A stretch of DNA of 64,000 bases from Lama glama (taxonomy: Eukaryota), in the NCBI GenBank assembly GCA_028534125.1, contig CM052818.1:32056001-32120000 (forward strand). Reading direction: 5' to 3'. Under the pieces are notes generated by a model. That model saw nothing but the letters and a program-made list of their open reading frames with translations, did no database searches and was not told the DNA's origin. Every line of letters starts with the position of its first letter. Position 1 is the stretch's first letter. This document shows positions 51,589-63,033 of the stretch, in pieces. A program made the translations under genes and the position numbers.

Positions 51589-52091
51589 TGTCAACTAAAA
51601 TAAAATAACACAATGTGAGAATTGTGGGTTGTTTTATTGGGGGCAAAATGAGGACTATAGCCCAGGAGACAGCATCTCAGATAACTCTGAGAAACTGTTT
51701 CAAAGAGCCAGGGTGGGAAATTCGGTATTATAAATGATTTCAGTGAAGGAGGGTACATGCAGTCAAGCACACATTTAGACAGAGGCTTGCTGCTAGTCAC
51801 AAAGATCACATGTCACTGTTAATGATTTTAGTGCTTTTCTGGATATGAGGAGACACAAGAACTTGGGCTCATGAAATCTCCTGAAAATATCAAACTATCT
51901 GAAGGCCTGTTTAGCCAGTTCCCAGAGCGCAGAGTGCCTCATGCCTAATCTCCATCCTGAACTCCATTTAGGGAGTGTTGGAGGTCAGTGGCTGCAGCAG
52001 TTCGTGATTTAATCCAGGCAGAGTTAGATGGCAAGTGCCAACATGATCCAGTCCTTGTAGAGGCAGATGGCAAGCCAGTTTTTAGCTAGCA
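51589..52091 (-). mobile_element. ERV1 solo LTR, MER41-like (cetartiodactyl type), 503 bp
   Basis: TG...CA termini; 4-bp TSD tgga/tggg; aataaa on minus strand; aatgattttagtgcttttct, ccctgaactcc..tagggagtgttg motifs. Confidence 0.75.
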
Positions 52092-52154
52092 TGGGAATAC
52101 ATACATGCGTATATACATACACACATGCAAGTGTGGGGATTCTTCCTTCCTTCT

Positions 52155-52330
52155 ACCTATGGATTTTGAAGTCAGACAGTTTAATTTTGAAGTGGAACTG
52201 TAGCCCCTTTCTAGCTATGTAATCTTTAATGATTAATTTTCTCATTTGTAAAATCAAGAAAATAAAAATAGGATGTTGGTGAGGATGACACAATACAGAG
52301 AAGTGAAATTGCTCAGCACAGTGGCTGGAG
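52155..52330 (+). mobile_element. MIR fragment
   Basis: ttttgaagtcagacag...ttttctcatttgtaaaat...gttggtgaggat. Confidence 0.65.
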
Positions 52331-53499
52331 ACTGTCTCTAGCTGCCCGTCCTTGGGTCCCACTCACATTCCAAGTCACGTTGACCTAGTGCTGCTTATGT
52401 CCACACCACTCACGTTGGCAATTTGGAGTCCCGTACACTGTGGGACTACCAGTTACCTTTTTCCTGGGTGATAATCTTACCTCTCCAAGGAGTGTGTAGG
52501 CTTCTGGAGATGAGGAACCCCACCTCACCTACCGCTGGGCTCTGCCCACGGTGAACTCCCTACGCCTCAATATCAGCTGAATGAATGTCCTTATTTGTAG
52601 TGCCTGGGAGTGGGGGCTAGGGAGAACATGGGGACTGTGAACCTTAGGTATTGAGTGATGGTGATGGCATCCTTGGCATTCCTCCTAAGGCTGCTCCACG
52701 GGAATAGTTCCTCTAAACCCAGGTCCACCCTTCTCTCCTGCAGGTATAAACCCCAGAGTGGAAGACAGACCTTCCTTTCCTCACCCTATCTGCAGCATTT
52801 CCTCTCTCTCACAGCCATCACACCTCTTCAAATTGCTCTCACTCATCTGCAGACATTAAACCTCCCCTTATAACAGAAACATTTTTGTGCGAGAGCTCAA
52901 AGAGTTCTGCAGGGTTGGTTCTGCTTTTACAAAAGACCTCAAATCAGATGAACCCAGAAGGAACTTAGGGGGTACCCCTCCTTGTGCCCCGAAAATAGGC
53001 ATAGCACGGTATCACCTCACACAACTCCACCTGAGCAGTCCCTCCGGGGACTTGGTTTGGGGTTCCTACTGCCAGCTACAGCAGGGCTGGTACTGGAGCT
53101 GAGGGAGAACCCTTTCCCCTTTACACACTCTCCCCAGCCCCAACCTCCAACACTGCAGTGAGCATATTTTGCAAACTGAAAGCAGGACACATGGTTTGAC
53201 AAAGGATTTTTCCCTGACTAGTGAAATGATTTCTTTCTATGAAGAGTCTTACTAGGATATAAACATCTAATCCTATATGTTACACATTACAGTGAATACA
53301 CTTTATTGAAAAAGAAAAAAAATACATGAGCAGAAATACAATTTTAGCTTTATCTGTATCTGTGTGCGGATCAGGTAGCTTAGTATTTAAACATTTTAAT
53401 TCAAGATAGCTTCAGAATGTTTAACCCCAAAATTGAACAACTGTTGTAGACGTGTTACAAGTAGACATTTGAAGACTTCTACATTATGATTGAATTTTT

Positions 53500-54865
53500 A
53501 AGTTTTTTATTAAAAACTACTATTATAAAGATAATATAAGCAAATTATAGAAAATTTTATATAGAGGGGAAAAAAGAAATTCGTTTATATTTTCACAACC
53601 TTCACAAAGCAGTAACATTTTGCTTGTTTTCTTCCAAATTCTGGATGAAGTTTCTATCACAGTGGTGAGAAGTACGGTCTCTGGATACAGACTGGGCTCA
53701 GAGTCAGGCTCTCACTTACCAGCTGTGTGACTCAGGGCATGTTATGTGACCTCTCTGTACTCCGCCTCCACCATCTATAAAACGGAGATATTGACAGCAC
53801 TGTTAAATTGTTCCTGGAATTTGTTAAAGAATGGTAAGGCAGATTTCACTCAAGGTGAGCCTACTATAATGAGTTTGTAGTAAAGCAGAGAGATTGGGCT
53901 CAACTCTGAATATGAGGAAAAGTGAGAATTTGTAGCCAAGTAGCAGGGTTGCGGGGCAGTGGATAGAAAATCACTGAAAGGAAGAAACAACAGGGGTAAG
54001 GGGGTGGGGGGATTTCTGGCTAAACTTACCTAACAAGATTCTTACTGAAGGCAGGTCAGGGTGATCAGACATCACCTGGTAGGTGGGGAGGATGAGGAGC
54101 CCAACTAAATATTGAGGGTGATCAGATGTTGAGGGGTTGTGGTTAAGCAGACTTGGTGGGATTCTTGTTAGAACTAGATTCTACAGAAAAGGACATGGGA
54201 GCCCAAGATTGGGCCTAGTTAAAAAGAGAACTCAGAAAAGCCTGCCTAGAATTTGATCAAGAAGAGGTTCTTTGTCAGTACCTGCCACATTAGGTTATTG
54301 TAAAAATTAAAAGAGTTAATACACATAAAGTATTAAAGTGAGGCACATATATGTGGTAGCTATTATTCTTATTTTACATAGTCATAATCATCTTATACAT
54401 GCATTTTATATCTTTTTCATTTAGTGTTCTATCATCATCCTTTTCCACATTTAACATAGTTTTTCATAACCATGATTTTTAACATTTGCAAAACATTGCA
54501 TCAGATTGCAATTTAACCACTCCTCTGTTATTGGACATTTAAGTTCATTCTAGGAATTTTCTATTTTAAATAATACTGCCCTGAATATCATCATGGAAAT
54601 CACTTTTTTATAGTTTATATTAATTTCTGAAGAGGGATTCTCAGAAAAGGAGTGCCAGGGTCATCACTATAAAGTTACTATTGCTTGTGATTCATCTTGC
54701 ATTTGCTTTCCAAGCACCTTGAATCAATTTATATTTCCACCACAAAGTAGGAGATGAGTGCTTCAATTCACCCTCAGCAGAGTTGAGTTCTTTTTTTAAT
54801 CAGCAAATTTAACAGATGAAAAAGAAATGGCTCATTGACAATAAATATTTTTCTGCATTTCCTCT
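53500..54865 (-). mobile_element. Ancient L1ME-like remnant containing a MIR (53660-54370), which itself hosts an LTR
   Basis: tttaaccactcctctgttattggacatttaagtt...taaataatactgc; MIR halves flank the LTR at 53801-54277. Confidence 0.6.
53801..54277 (-). mobile_element. ERV1 solo LTR, MER31-like
   Basis: TGTTAA...TTTGTCA; gagagattgggctcaactc, tagccaag, gggtgatcagacatcacctgg; TSD gcac/gtac. Confidence 0.85.
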
Positions 54866-54949
54866 GTGCCGGGGGATGCCAAGATGGAGACCATTGGTTC
54901 TGCCTCTGCTTTAGAGGAAGAAACTGGAAACTAATAATTACAACCAGAG

Positions 54950-55210
54950 TGACAAGTGCTGCAGGGTGCAGGGGAGGGACCCTCACCTAGCCTGGGAATT
55001 CAGGGAAAGCTTCCTGGAAGGGGTGGACTTGAGTTTAGTCTTGAATGAAAAACAGTGGTTAGCTAGGTGGAGAGGACCTTAAAGGGTCATTTCATAGCAA
55101 GGGAACAGCATGTGCAGAGGATGGGGGAAGGGGCTGGCTCATTTGGGGAACTACAGGAAATTGGGCACAGATATGTTTGAAGGAGTGTTGAGATGTGAGG
55201 CTAGATGTAG
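54950..55210 (-). mobile_element. L2 fragment
   Basis: cagggaaagcttcctggaag...gggaacagcatgtgcagagg. Confidence 0.7.
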
Positions 55211-55311
55211 GTCGTGCAGAGAAGCTGGGTTCTTCTAAAGTTAGTCTTTAACAGTTGTTATTTGTTTTTGATAAGAACCCTGCAGGAGAATTTCTGACTG
55301 CATAAGATTAG

Positions 55312-55453
55312 ACTTGCCAGTTGGGTCACAGTATTAAACGTTAAATTAGCTTAGTTATATTGATGCTTAACTAGATAAAGTTAACTTGTAAACTATTAGT
55401 ATTGCTGCTTCACTAAATGAGGTTAACCGATATCGTAGCCCATCTGGTCAAGT
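55312..55453. repeat. Imperfect ~140-bp palindrome (possible ancient MITE)
   Basis: Arms cagttgggtcacagtat / atatcgtagcccatctg symmetric about central aagttaactt (55378-55387). Confidence 0.65.
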
Positions 55454-56709
55454 AATGAAACAGGCAGAAATGATCTTCATATTTGTCCAGCCACCCCGAC
55501 CACACCTCTTCTTTCTTCATCTCCCCTATCTTAGTTCCCACCACAGGTTTGGGAACCTGCCATAACCAGTTATCTCAGTCTCTTAATACCACAGAGTAGG
55601 ATTGTTGGGACAAACTTTTACACTGAGGTACTGGTGATTAGTTGAGAAGTCCAGCCTCTCACCTGTTTAGAAGTATTTGGATTTTAAAGAAAGTCACTTG
55701 GAGATAGATATTCTTGCAACCCCCCAAAATCTCCACTGTTGGAATTTCAGGCCAGAAGGCTGGCCAGTGAAGGAACTATTTAAGGTTGAGCTGGACAAGC
55801 AGTGTCTTCTCAGTCCCTCCCATCATCCAACACAGCAGAGGGTCTTTGTGCAAGTCCAAACCTAGATGTAACCTTGTGTCCCATGCCCAGGGTTGGCTTC
55901 CTTCATTCGGTTGTCTGCCTCATATTGCCTTCTAGATGCAATGTAGGATCGCTGTCCCAGGATAGAGTGTGCGGTCAGCTGTCTCTAAAAGCTGGTCAGG
56001 ATAATGGCCAGTGGCTGGGAGGGGGAGGGCTTCTATGAAATGGCCATATTTCCATAGTCTCAACCTCATCTGCCTTTTTAGCCATGGCGGAAAAAAAAAA
56101 AAAAAGACATCTTTTCTCCACCTTCTAGGAAGAAAAAAAAGAAAAAAAATCATCTAGGACAGTTTTTTTTTTTCCACTCCTCAGAAAAATTGTAATTCCC
56201 TCCCAGAAGATTCCCTAGATCTTAAATATCAGCTCAAACATTTATGCATGAAAAATTAGAGGCCATGAATGATGCATGTGTTCTGGAAACTCGGCTCATA
56301 AATCTCCCCTCCCTCCTTTGGAAAGTCCCAGGATGGCAGCCAAAGCCTCGTTTTTCAACCCCTATTTCGAAGCCACCTGAGGTGAAATTTCCTATTTGTT
56401 TCCGACTTGCACGGCCTTTGAATATTCACTCCTCCCTTGTGGCAGATAAGTCTGCTATTATCTTGTCTGAGATATTGTTCTTTTACTTGACCAGATTATA
56501 GCACAATTGTCAGTTTGCTCTTTAATAATACTACTTCACAGGGGATTTGCAAGGATTAATGAAATAATGTTTGAAAACCACTTTGAATTTGTATGTACTT
56601 TTTTTACGTAGGCTCAGGGGTTATTATTTCTTAGCGTTTATACTGTATCTTCCAAGTAAGAAGTTTTATATGCTTTGCAAACGTTTGGATCCGTTTCAGT
56701 TAGATGATG

Positions 56710-56890
56710 CCAAGCTATTGGCTGTTAGAGCTGGAGGGGCCTTTGAGACGATCTAGTATTACACTCAGACTGAGGGAGTGAGGACAAGTCTGAGGCCTAG
56801 TGAACCCACTCATGTACCCAGTACCACACAGCTGCTTAGTGGAGAGTTGGTTCTTGAATCCAGGTGTCCTGACTCTTTATTCAGTTCCTC
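56710..56890 (-). mobile_element. MIR fragment
   Basis: ttagagctggaggggcctttgagacgatctagt...cacacagctgcttagtggagag...gaatccaggtgtcctgactc. Confidence 0.7.
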
Positions 56891-56895
56891 ATATC

Positions 56896-57316
56896 TGTTA
56901 TGGAATGAATTGTATCCCTTCAAAAATTCGTATATTGAAGTTCTCACTCCCCATTACCTCAGAATGTGATCTGATTTAGAAATATGGTTGTTACAGATAT
57001 AATTAGTCAAGATGAGGTCATTCTGGAGGAGGGTAGGCCCCTAATCCAACTGACTGAAGTCCTTATAAAAGGGAGAAATTTGGCACAAGTACACATAGAG
57101 GGAGAAGGAGAACATGTGAGTGTGAAGATGGCCATCTATAAACCAAGGGCAGAGGCCTGGAAGGGATCCTTACCTCACAACCTTCAGAAGAAACCAACCC
57201 TGTCAACACCTTGATTTTGGATTTCTAGCCTCCAGAATTGTGAGACAATACATTTCTGTGGTTTAAGCCATCCAGTTTGTGGTACTTGTTTACAGCAGCC
57301 CTAGTAAACTAATTCA
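56896..57316 (+). mobile_element. MaLR solo LTR, MLT1B-like
   Basis: tgttatggaatgaattgtatccc...aagatgaggtcat...cctaatccaa...gtccttataaaaggg...cagcagccctagtaaactaattca. Confidence 0.9.
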
Positions 57317-58254
57317 AAATTTTTCCTACTCTTGATACTAATTATTGCCATTTAGCACATTAAGAGATTGAGACAGGAGGAAAGAGAATCCTTTGGTCCC
57401 TCTGAACCCAGAAATACACGGGCATGTCCTCGCTCACCCCAGGCTTCTCTCAGAGCTGCTGTAGTTGGGAGACCACCCTTGCTTGATGTCCCTCGGAAGC
57501 TCTCACTGAGGGTATAGGCACCTGATTTAGCGAATAATAATAAGTCGGTGCCCCAGGAGCTGCTTTCTGGCATTCCTCTAATGTCCTGCACGTCACGAGA
57601 AGGCAGCAGCAGAGCAGAGAGAGGGCGGCAGCCCAGGGCCCCTTGCCGCATGTTGTTTGACAGTCCAGAAGGGGTCTTCAACTATGAACGAATGGAGATA
57701 CGTTCTAAAAGTCTTCCGTAAATCAGATACTGGTAGCTCAGAGTCCGTTCTCCTGGAATGAAGCGCCCGTGCCTCAGGGTGGGCTCCCGGGCTGTCCACA
57801 GAGCCCATTTAAGTGGCACTGCCCCCAGAAGCTGCACACCAGCAGCACTACTTGCTGTTTGTGGAGTCAGGTAACGTTGCAGGGGCTCTTTCAGTGGGGT
57901 TGTCAGACCAGCAGGCAGAGTGTGAGGCTTTTAAGAGAGAGAAGGGGTGATGAATGCAACACCTCAGAATTCACACAGTAAACAGAGAGGGAGAGAACCA
58001 GGAGAACTAAAACTTGAGGGTTCAGCACACCCAAGAAAGATTTTAAGGAGGTTGTTTTTAACCACATGGGGAAAACCTGAGTACATTTGAAAACCAGGAA
58101 AGGAGCCACCCCCATGAAATTACAAAAAATTGCAGTGGAGGCCTAGAGCGGCCAAGGCATGTGTTTGAGGCCACATGGCAAGTAAGTGGCAGAGCGGGGA
58201 CTCCTGGCTGCCAGCCCAGGGCTCTCTGCTGTGCAAAGACTGTCCAAACATCAG

Positions 58255-58512
58255 CCCATTGTTTCCAGAGTCACATATCACTCTGCTATCATTTACTTGG
58301 TATTATTATAAGTCAATTAGCTTTTTAAAAATTCTTAAATATATTTAACTTCACCTAAAGCAGTAATATTCCCAAAATTATGGGTTTGTTGGGCTAATTA
58401 TGTAATTTTTTCTTAATACATATTCAAATTAAATGCATAACTGTTTTAAAGTGTTTTATTTTTAATCATCTTGCATATCAGCGATAGTAACCACCTGTTG
58501 CAAAAGTTGGGC
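58255..58512. mobile_element. hAT-Charlie remnant
   Basis: aaattatgggtttgttgggctaattat...taatacatattcaaattaaatgcataact...aatcatcttgcata resembles a Charlie non-autonomous consensus. Confidence 0.45.
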
Positions 58513-59357
58513 AGCTTTGCACTAGGAGACAGCAGGTGATGGGGAGAGGAGAATAGGGGCAGGGCCAGTGTCTTCTATCCTGGAGGAAAAGAGTGGATAG
58601 ATTGGTAGCACAGGGGGAGGGCTGTCTCTGGAAAGAAGGGAACTTCTTTCTCCAAAATGAGGGCAAATGGGTTCAGGGACAGAGAAACATTGAAATTGAG
58701 GTGAAAGAAGATGACAGGGCTTCTGACCACTGATCCTGGTTTTTCAACAAAGCAGTATGACAGACTGATGACAACTTGAAAGGAGCATGGAGCTTTAGAT
58801 TTTAAATTAAAATTGTATTATAGTCCCCTGAAACTCAACCTTGTTTGTCAAAGGGCAGAGGCAAGTTGTTTCAGAAAAAAAAAAAATTGGGCTTTGGACC
58901 TCAAATGTGGTTCCTAAAGCACTAGTGTAATTGCTTCTGGATTGGATTTTGAGGTTGACCTTTGATCAGAAACATTAGTTTCCTAAGATGAGGCCTATCC
59001 CTGGAAAAAGGCTAGTTTGATTGCTGTGAACTTGACTGAATGTAGGTCAGAGACTAGGAGCATTGCTAACGGACTACCCAGCCTCTTCTCAACATTTCAC
59101 CACATTGACCCTGAGGAAGGAGATTGAGGGATGTGCCGAGGGAGGCTCTGCACCCTGCCCTCTGCTTGACCCCAAAGCACCTACCTGAAGACACTATATA
59201 GTGGCAGGTTTCCCCAGCCCAACTGTGAGGCCAGGAAAGAGTTATCACATGACTATGGAAGTGCTGCCTTTTAAGCCAGGAACTAGGTAGACAAATCCCA
59301 TGATCTCTTGATCCCTGGAAGAGAGGAAAGATAATGGCAATAATCATTGGCATGTAC

Positions 59358-59674
59358 TATTAAAGAGGAATGATTCTGACACTTGTGAAAAATGGCAAGG
59401 GAGACTTTATTCAAGACTATTGCAAGAGAGAAGAAACTTAACTCTGGCTTCACTCAGCTTAACTCCGAATACAAGAAGGACGCAGGGAGATATAAGCCAA
59501 GAAGCAGGGTGAGGGCAGTCAGTGAAAATTACTAAGAGGCGACATCAAGATTAGGATTCTTGCTAAAACTGAGAGGGGAAGGCTGTAGACAGGATGGGGT
59601 CCAAGGTTGAGGTGTAGTGGAGAAGTGGGCTCAGTGGAGCCTGACTAAAGTTTGGTCAAGGAAAGTCTTTGTCA
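59358..59674 (-). mobile_element. ERV1 solo LTR, MER31-like (internally deleted), inserted in a MIR
   Basis: actttattcaagactattgc...gagcctgactaaagtttggtcaagga..gtctttgtca; perfect TSD gtac/gtac. Confidence 0.85.
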
Positions 59675-60257
59675 GTACTGAGTGCTAACTAGGTGCCAGG
59701 CATGAGGCTGTTGCCTTTCAAATACAGTAATCACCTTACAAAGTAGGAAAACTTTTACAGCTTGATAAAAAGAAAACTAAGTCTTACCCATTGCCCAGGG
59801 CCTGTAGCCAATCAAATATTAGATTTAGATTTGATTTGTGTCTTCTGATTCCCCAAGCCCACAGCTTTCTCACCACACAATGCTTCCTGACACCGTGTGT
59901 GGGCTTCTTCCCCACAGATGTTTGTAGGAAGAAAAGATATTTACATGTCTAGAATGGTCAGTGCAGACAGAAAGAGGGATCACCTGATATAGTTTTCTCA
60001 CAATTTCTTCAAATCCCTCCATCCCTGACTTAAAAACTGTCTTTGAGTAGAAGTCATTTAGGTGAGGCCCCAGCCCTGGCCTTCACATAGGAGATGTGGC
60101 CATATACTATGCTAGATTTGGAGGTTAGACTCAAAAGTATCTGCTTCATCCTCCTCAATATTAGATAATTTGACTTCCTGAGGTGACATGCAAAAGGTAT
60201 TCCTAGTGGTTCAAGCACTGTTTGAAGGCCCCTATTAAATTGCAAATAAACATGTAT

Positions 60258-60473
60258 TTTGAATTTTAACCCTTATCAGATATATGGTTTGCAAATATTT
60301 TTCTCCATTCCATAGATTGCCTTTTCATTTTGTTGATTGTTTTCTTTGCTATGCAGAAGCATTTTAGTTTGATGTAATCCCATTTGTCTCTGTTTGCTTT
60401 TCTTGCCTGTGATTTTGGTGTCACATCCAAAAAATTATCACCAAGACCAGTATGAGCCAACAATCGCACTCCT

Positions 60474-60507
<34 letters not shown>

Positions 60508-61210
60508 CTATCTACAAAGGAGCTGAAATCTGGATCATGAAGAGATACCTTCACTCCCACGTTCATTGCAGCATTATTCATAATAACTGAGATACGAAAA
60601 CAAGCTAAATATACTTTGGCATATGAATTGATAAAGAAAATATGATAAAGAAGTAGAGAAAACACACACACACACATACATACACACACAGTGGAATATT
60701 TTCAACTTTTTAAAAAAGAGGGAAATCCTGCCATTGGAAATAACATATATGGAACTAGAAGACATTAAGCTAAGTGAAAAAGTCAGACACAGAAAGACAA
60801 ATACTGCATGATCTCACTTGTAAGTGCAGTCTAAGATAGTCAAACTCAAGAAGCAGAGAGTAGAATTGTGGTTGCAGGGGCTAACAGAAGAGGGAAATGG
60901 CCAAAAGATACAAAAATTTCAGTTATATAAGATGAAAAAGTTCTAGAGATCTAGTGCACAGTACTGATAATGTTAACATTACTGTATTATATACTTGAAA
61001 CTTGTGAAGAGGATAGATCTTAATCTTGTCACTTCACACACACAAAATGGTAACTTTGTAGAGGTGATTGGATATGTTAATTAGCTTGATTGTGGTTATC
61101 TTTTCACAATGTATGCAGTGCATGCATATATCAAAATATCAAGTTGTACACCTTAAGTGTATACAATTTTTATATGTCAAAGATATCTCAATGAAGCTAT
61201 CGAAAAAAAT
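60258..61210 (+). mobile_element. L1MA-like element with 5' inversion (twin priming)
   Basis: 60258-60450 is antisense ORF2 (ORF 60266-60469: KWDYIKLKCFCIAKKTINKMKRQ); from ~60451 sense ORF2 end and 3'UTR; degenerate TSD aaataaacatgta / aaaaatacaagta. Confidence 0.85.
60476..60505. repeat. (GT)15 microsatellite inside L1
   Basis: Direct reading. Confidence 0.97.
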
Positions 61211-61467
61211 ACAAGTAAACGGCCAGAGAGATCATATTTGGCACCCATCAACACCTACTGTGAGTCCTTTATCAGACCAGTTGTTATTAGCACAGGGATT
61301 GAATGTATACTGTGAGCCATGGTGTTGTGAAGCTGGCAGGAAAATGCAAAGATGAGTGAGACCCAAGCCTGCTATTAAGGAACTTCCAGGTCTAAGATTG
61401 GAGGGGTAGGAGCAGGGCAGATGATATTAATAATGATGATAATTATAAAATTTGAGAAGAGAGCTCT

Positions 61468-61695
61468 GATAATGGTAACATTTATTGAGCACTTACTATA
61501 AGCCAGACACTATATCCAAACACTTAATAGAATTAATACAACAATAATCCAACATGGTAAGTAGTATTATTATCCTCAATTATTGATGAGGGAACTGAGG
61601 CTCTGACAGGTTATGTAACTTGCCCAGGATCAAAAATGAAAGAAAGGTAGAATTGGAATTTGACTCCAGGCTGTCTGCTGCCAGAGCTCTGTACT
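61468..61695 (-). mobile_element. MIR SINE
   Basis: taacatttattgagcacttactataagccagacact...gatgagggaactgaggct...taacttgcccaggatca. Confidence 0.88.
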
Positions 61696-61847
61696 AGACA
61701 GGAGTTGGCAGGTGGGAGTTGTCCAATGAAAATTTCACAAAGGAAGTGACATTATAAAAGTGAATCTCATTTAACCAAGTAGGAAAGACAAGAACAAGGA
61801 ACAGAATTTCTAAAAGTCACAAGCAACAGCACAGATGCTTGAAGTCT

Positions 61848-62229
61848 TGTTAAACAAAAAAACTATTCCTGACACTTTTTAAAGAATGATAGGGCAAACT
61901 TTATTCAAGACTACTGCAATTTTACAGTACAGGAAAGAGATTGGGCTCAATCCCAAATACAATAAGAAAAAGTGGGAGTTTATAGCCAAGGATTGGAGGA
62001 GTGGGGATGGAAAATTAGGAAGAGGAAATATCAGGAATAAGGGGGGGATTCTGTCTAAATGGGCATAATAGGAGTCTTGCTAAAGGCAGATCAGGGTGCC
62101 ATCAAGGATGAAGGATTCTGGCTAAACCATCTTAACAGGATTCTTGCTAAATTGGGCTCTTAGAGGATGGATCTTTGTTGGACTAAGAGGAACCTGGCTT
62201 AAGTTTGGTCAAGGAGAGGATGTTTGTTA
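61848..62229 (-). mobile_element. ERV1 solo LTR, MER31-like, inserted in an L2
   Basis: tgttaaa...actttattcaagactactgc...gagattgggctcaa...aagtttggtcaaggagag; TSD gtct/atct. Confidence 0.85.
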
Positions 62230-62410
62230 ATCTCTGAATCATTTGGAGCGGATGGAATGTGCTGTCAGTCTAGAGGGGAGAACCCTGAAGAAAAGAGACA
62301 ATGTAGGGGAGTCTGCGGGGGGTAGAGGTTGAAGAATAGAGAGGGAGGATAACTGGGCCTTTACTGGTGCCCTGACATCATGCCAGTCACTTGAAATAGG
62401 TTAAATTTAA

Positions 62411-63033
62411 AATTTTTTTTCTAGCTTTAGTGAGATATAATTGACTCTTAGCATTGTGTTAAGTTTAAAGTGTACAACGTGGTGATTTGACACACTTATA
62501 TATTTCCAAATAATTACCACTATAGTATTTGAAACATTCAAATATAGGATACAGTATTATTAGCTATAATCAATCACAATTATACATTAGATTCCCAAAC
62601 TTCTTAATCTAATAACTGGAAGTCTGTACCCTTTGAGCAAAATCTCACCACTTCCCCCACTCTCTAACCCCTGGCAACCACCATTCTACTCTCTGTTTCT
62701 CTGAGTTTGCCTATTTTAGATTCCACATACAAGTGTTATCCTACAGTATTTGTCTTTCTCAGACTGATTTATTTCACTTAGCATAATGCCCTCAAGATCC
62801 ATCTGTGATGTCACAAAATGGCAGGATTTCCTTCTTTCTCCTGGCTGAATAATATTTCACTGTATATATGTATTTATGTATGTATGTACACACATACATA
62901 CATACATACATACTACATCTTCTTTGTCCATTCATCCATTGACAGACTCCTGAGTTTCCACATCTTGACAATTGTGAATAATGCTGCAATAAACATGGGA
63001 GTGCAGCTATCTTTTTGATACTCTGTTTTCATT
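62411..63033 (-). mobile_element. L1MA9-like 3' end inserted in a MIR, perfect ~20-bp TSD
   Basis: agctttagtgagatataattgac...cccctggcaaccaccattctactctctgtttct; TSD ttgaaataggttaaatttaa at 62391-62410 and 63034-63053. Confidence 0.88.

Noticed and set aside
56088..56175. A-tract / T-tract inverted arrangement resembling a hairpin or terminator
   Set aside because: Homopolymer complementarity only
53801..59674. Two MER31-like LTRs as the ends of one provirus
   Set aside because: Each has its own TSD and host MIR, and the interval holds L1/L2/MIR/MLT1B with no gag/pol or PBS
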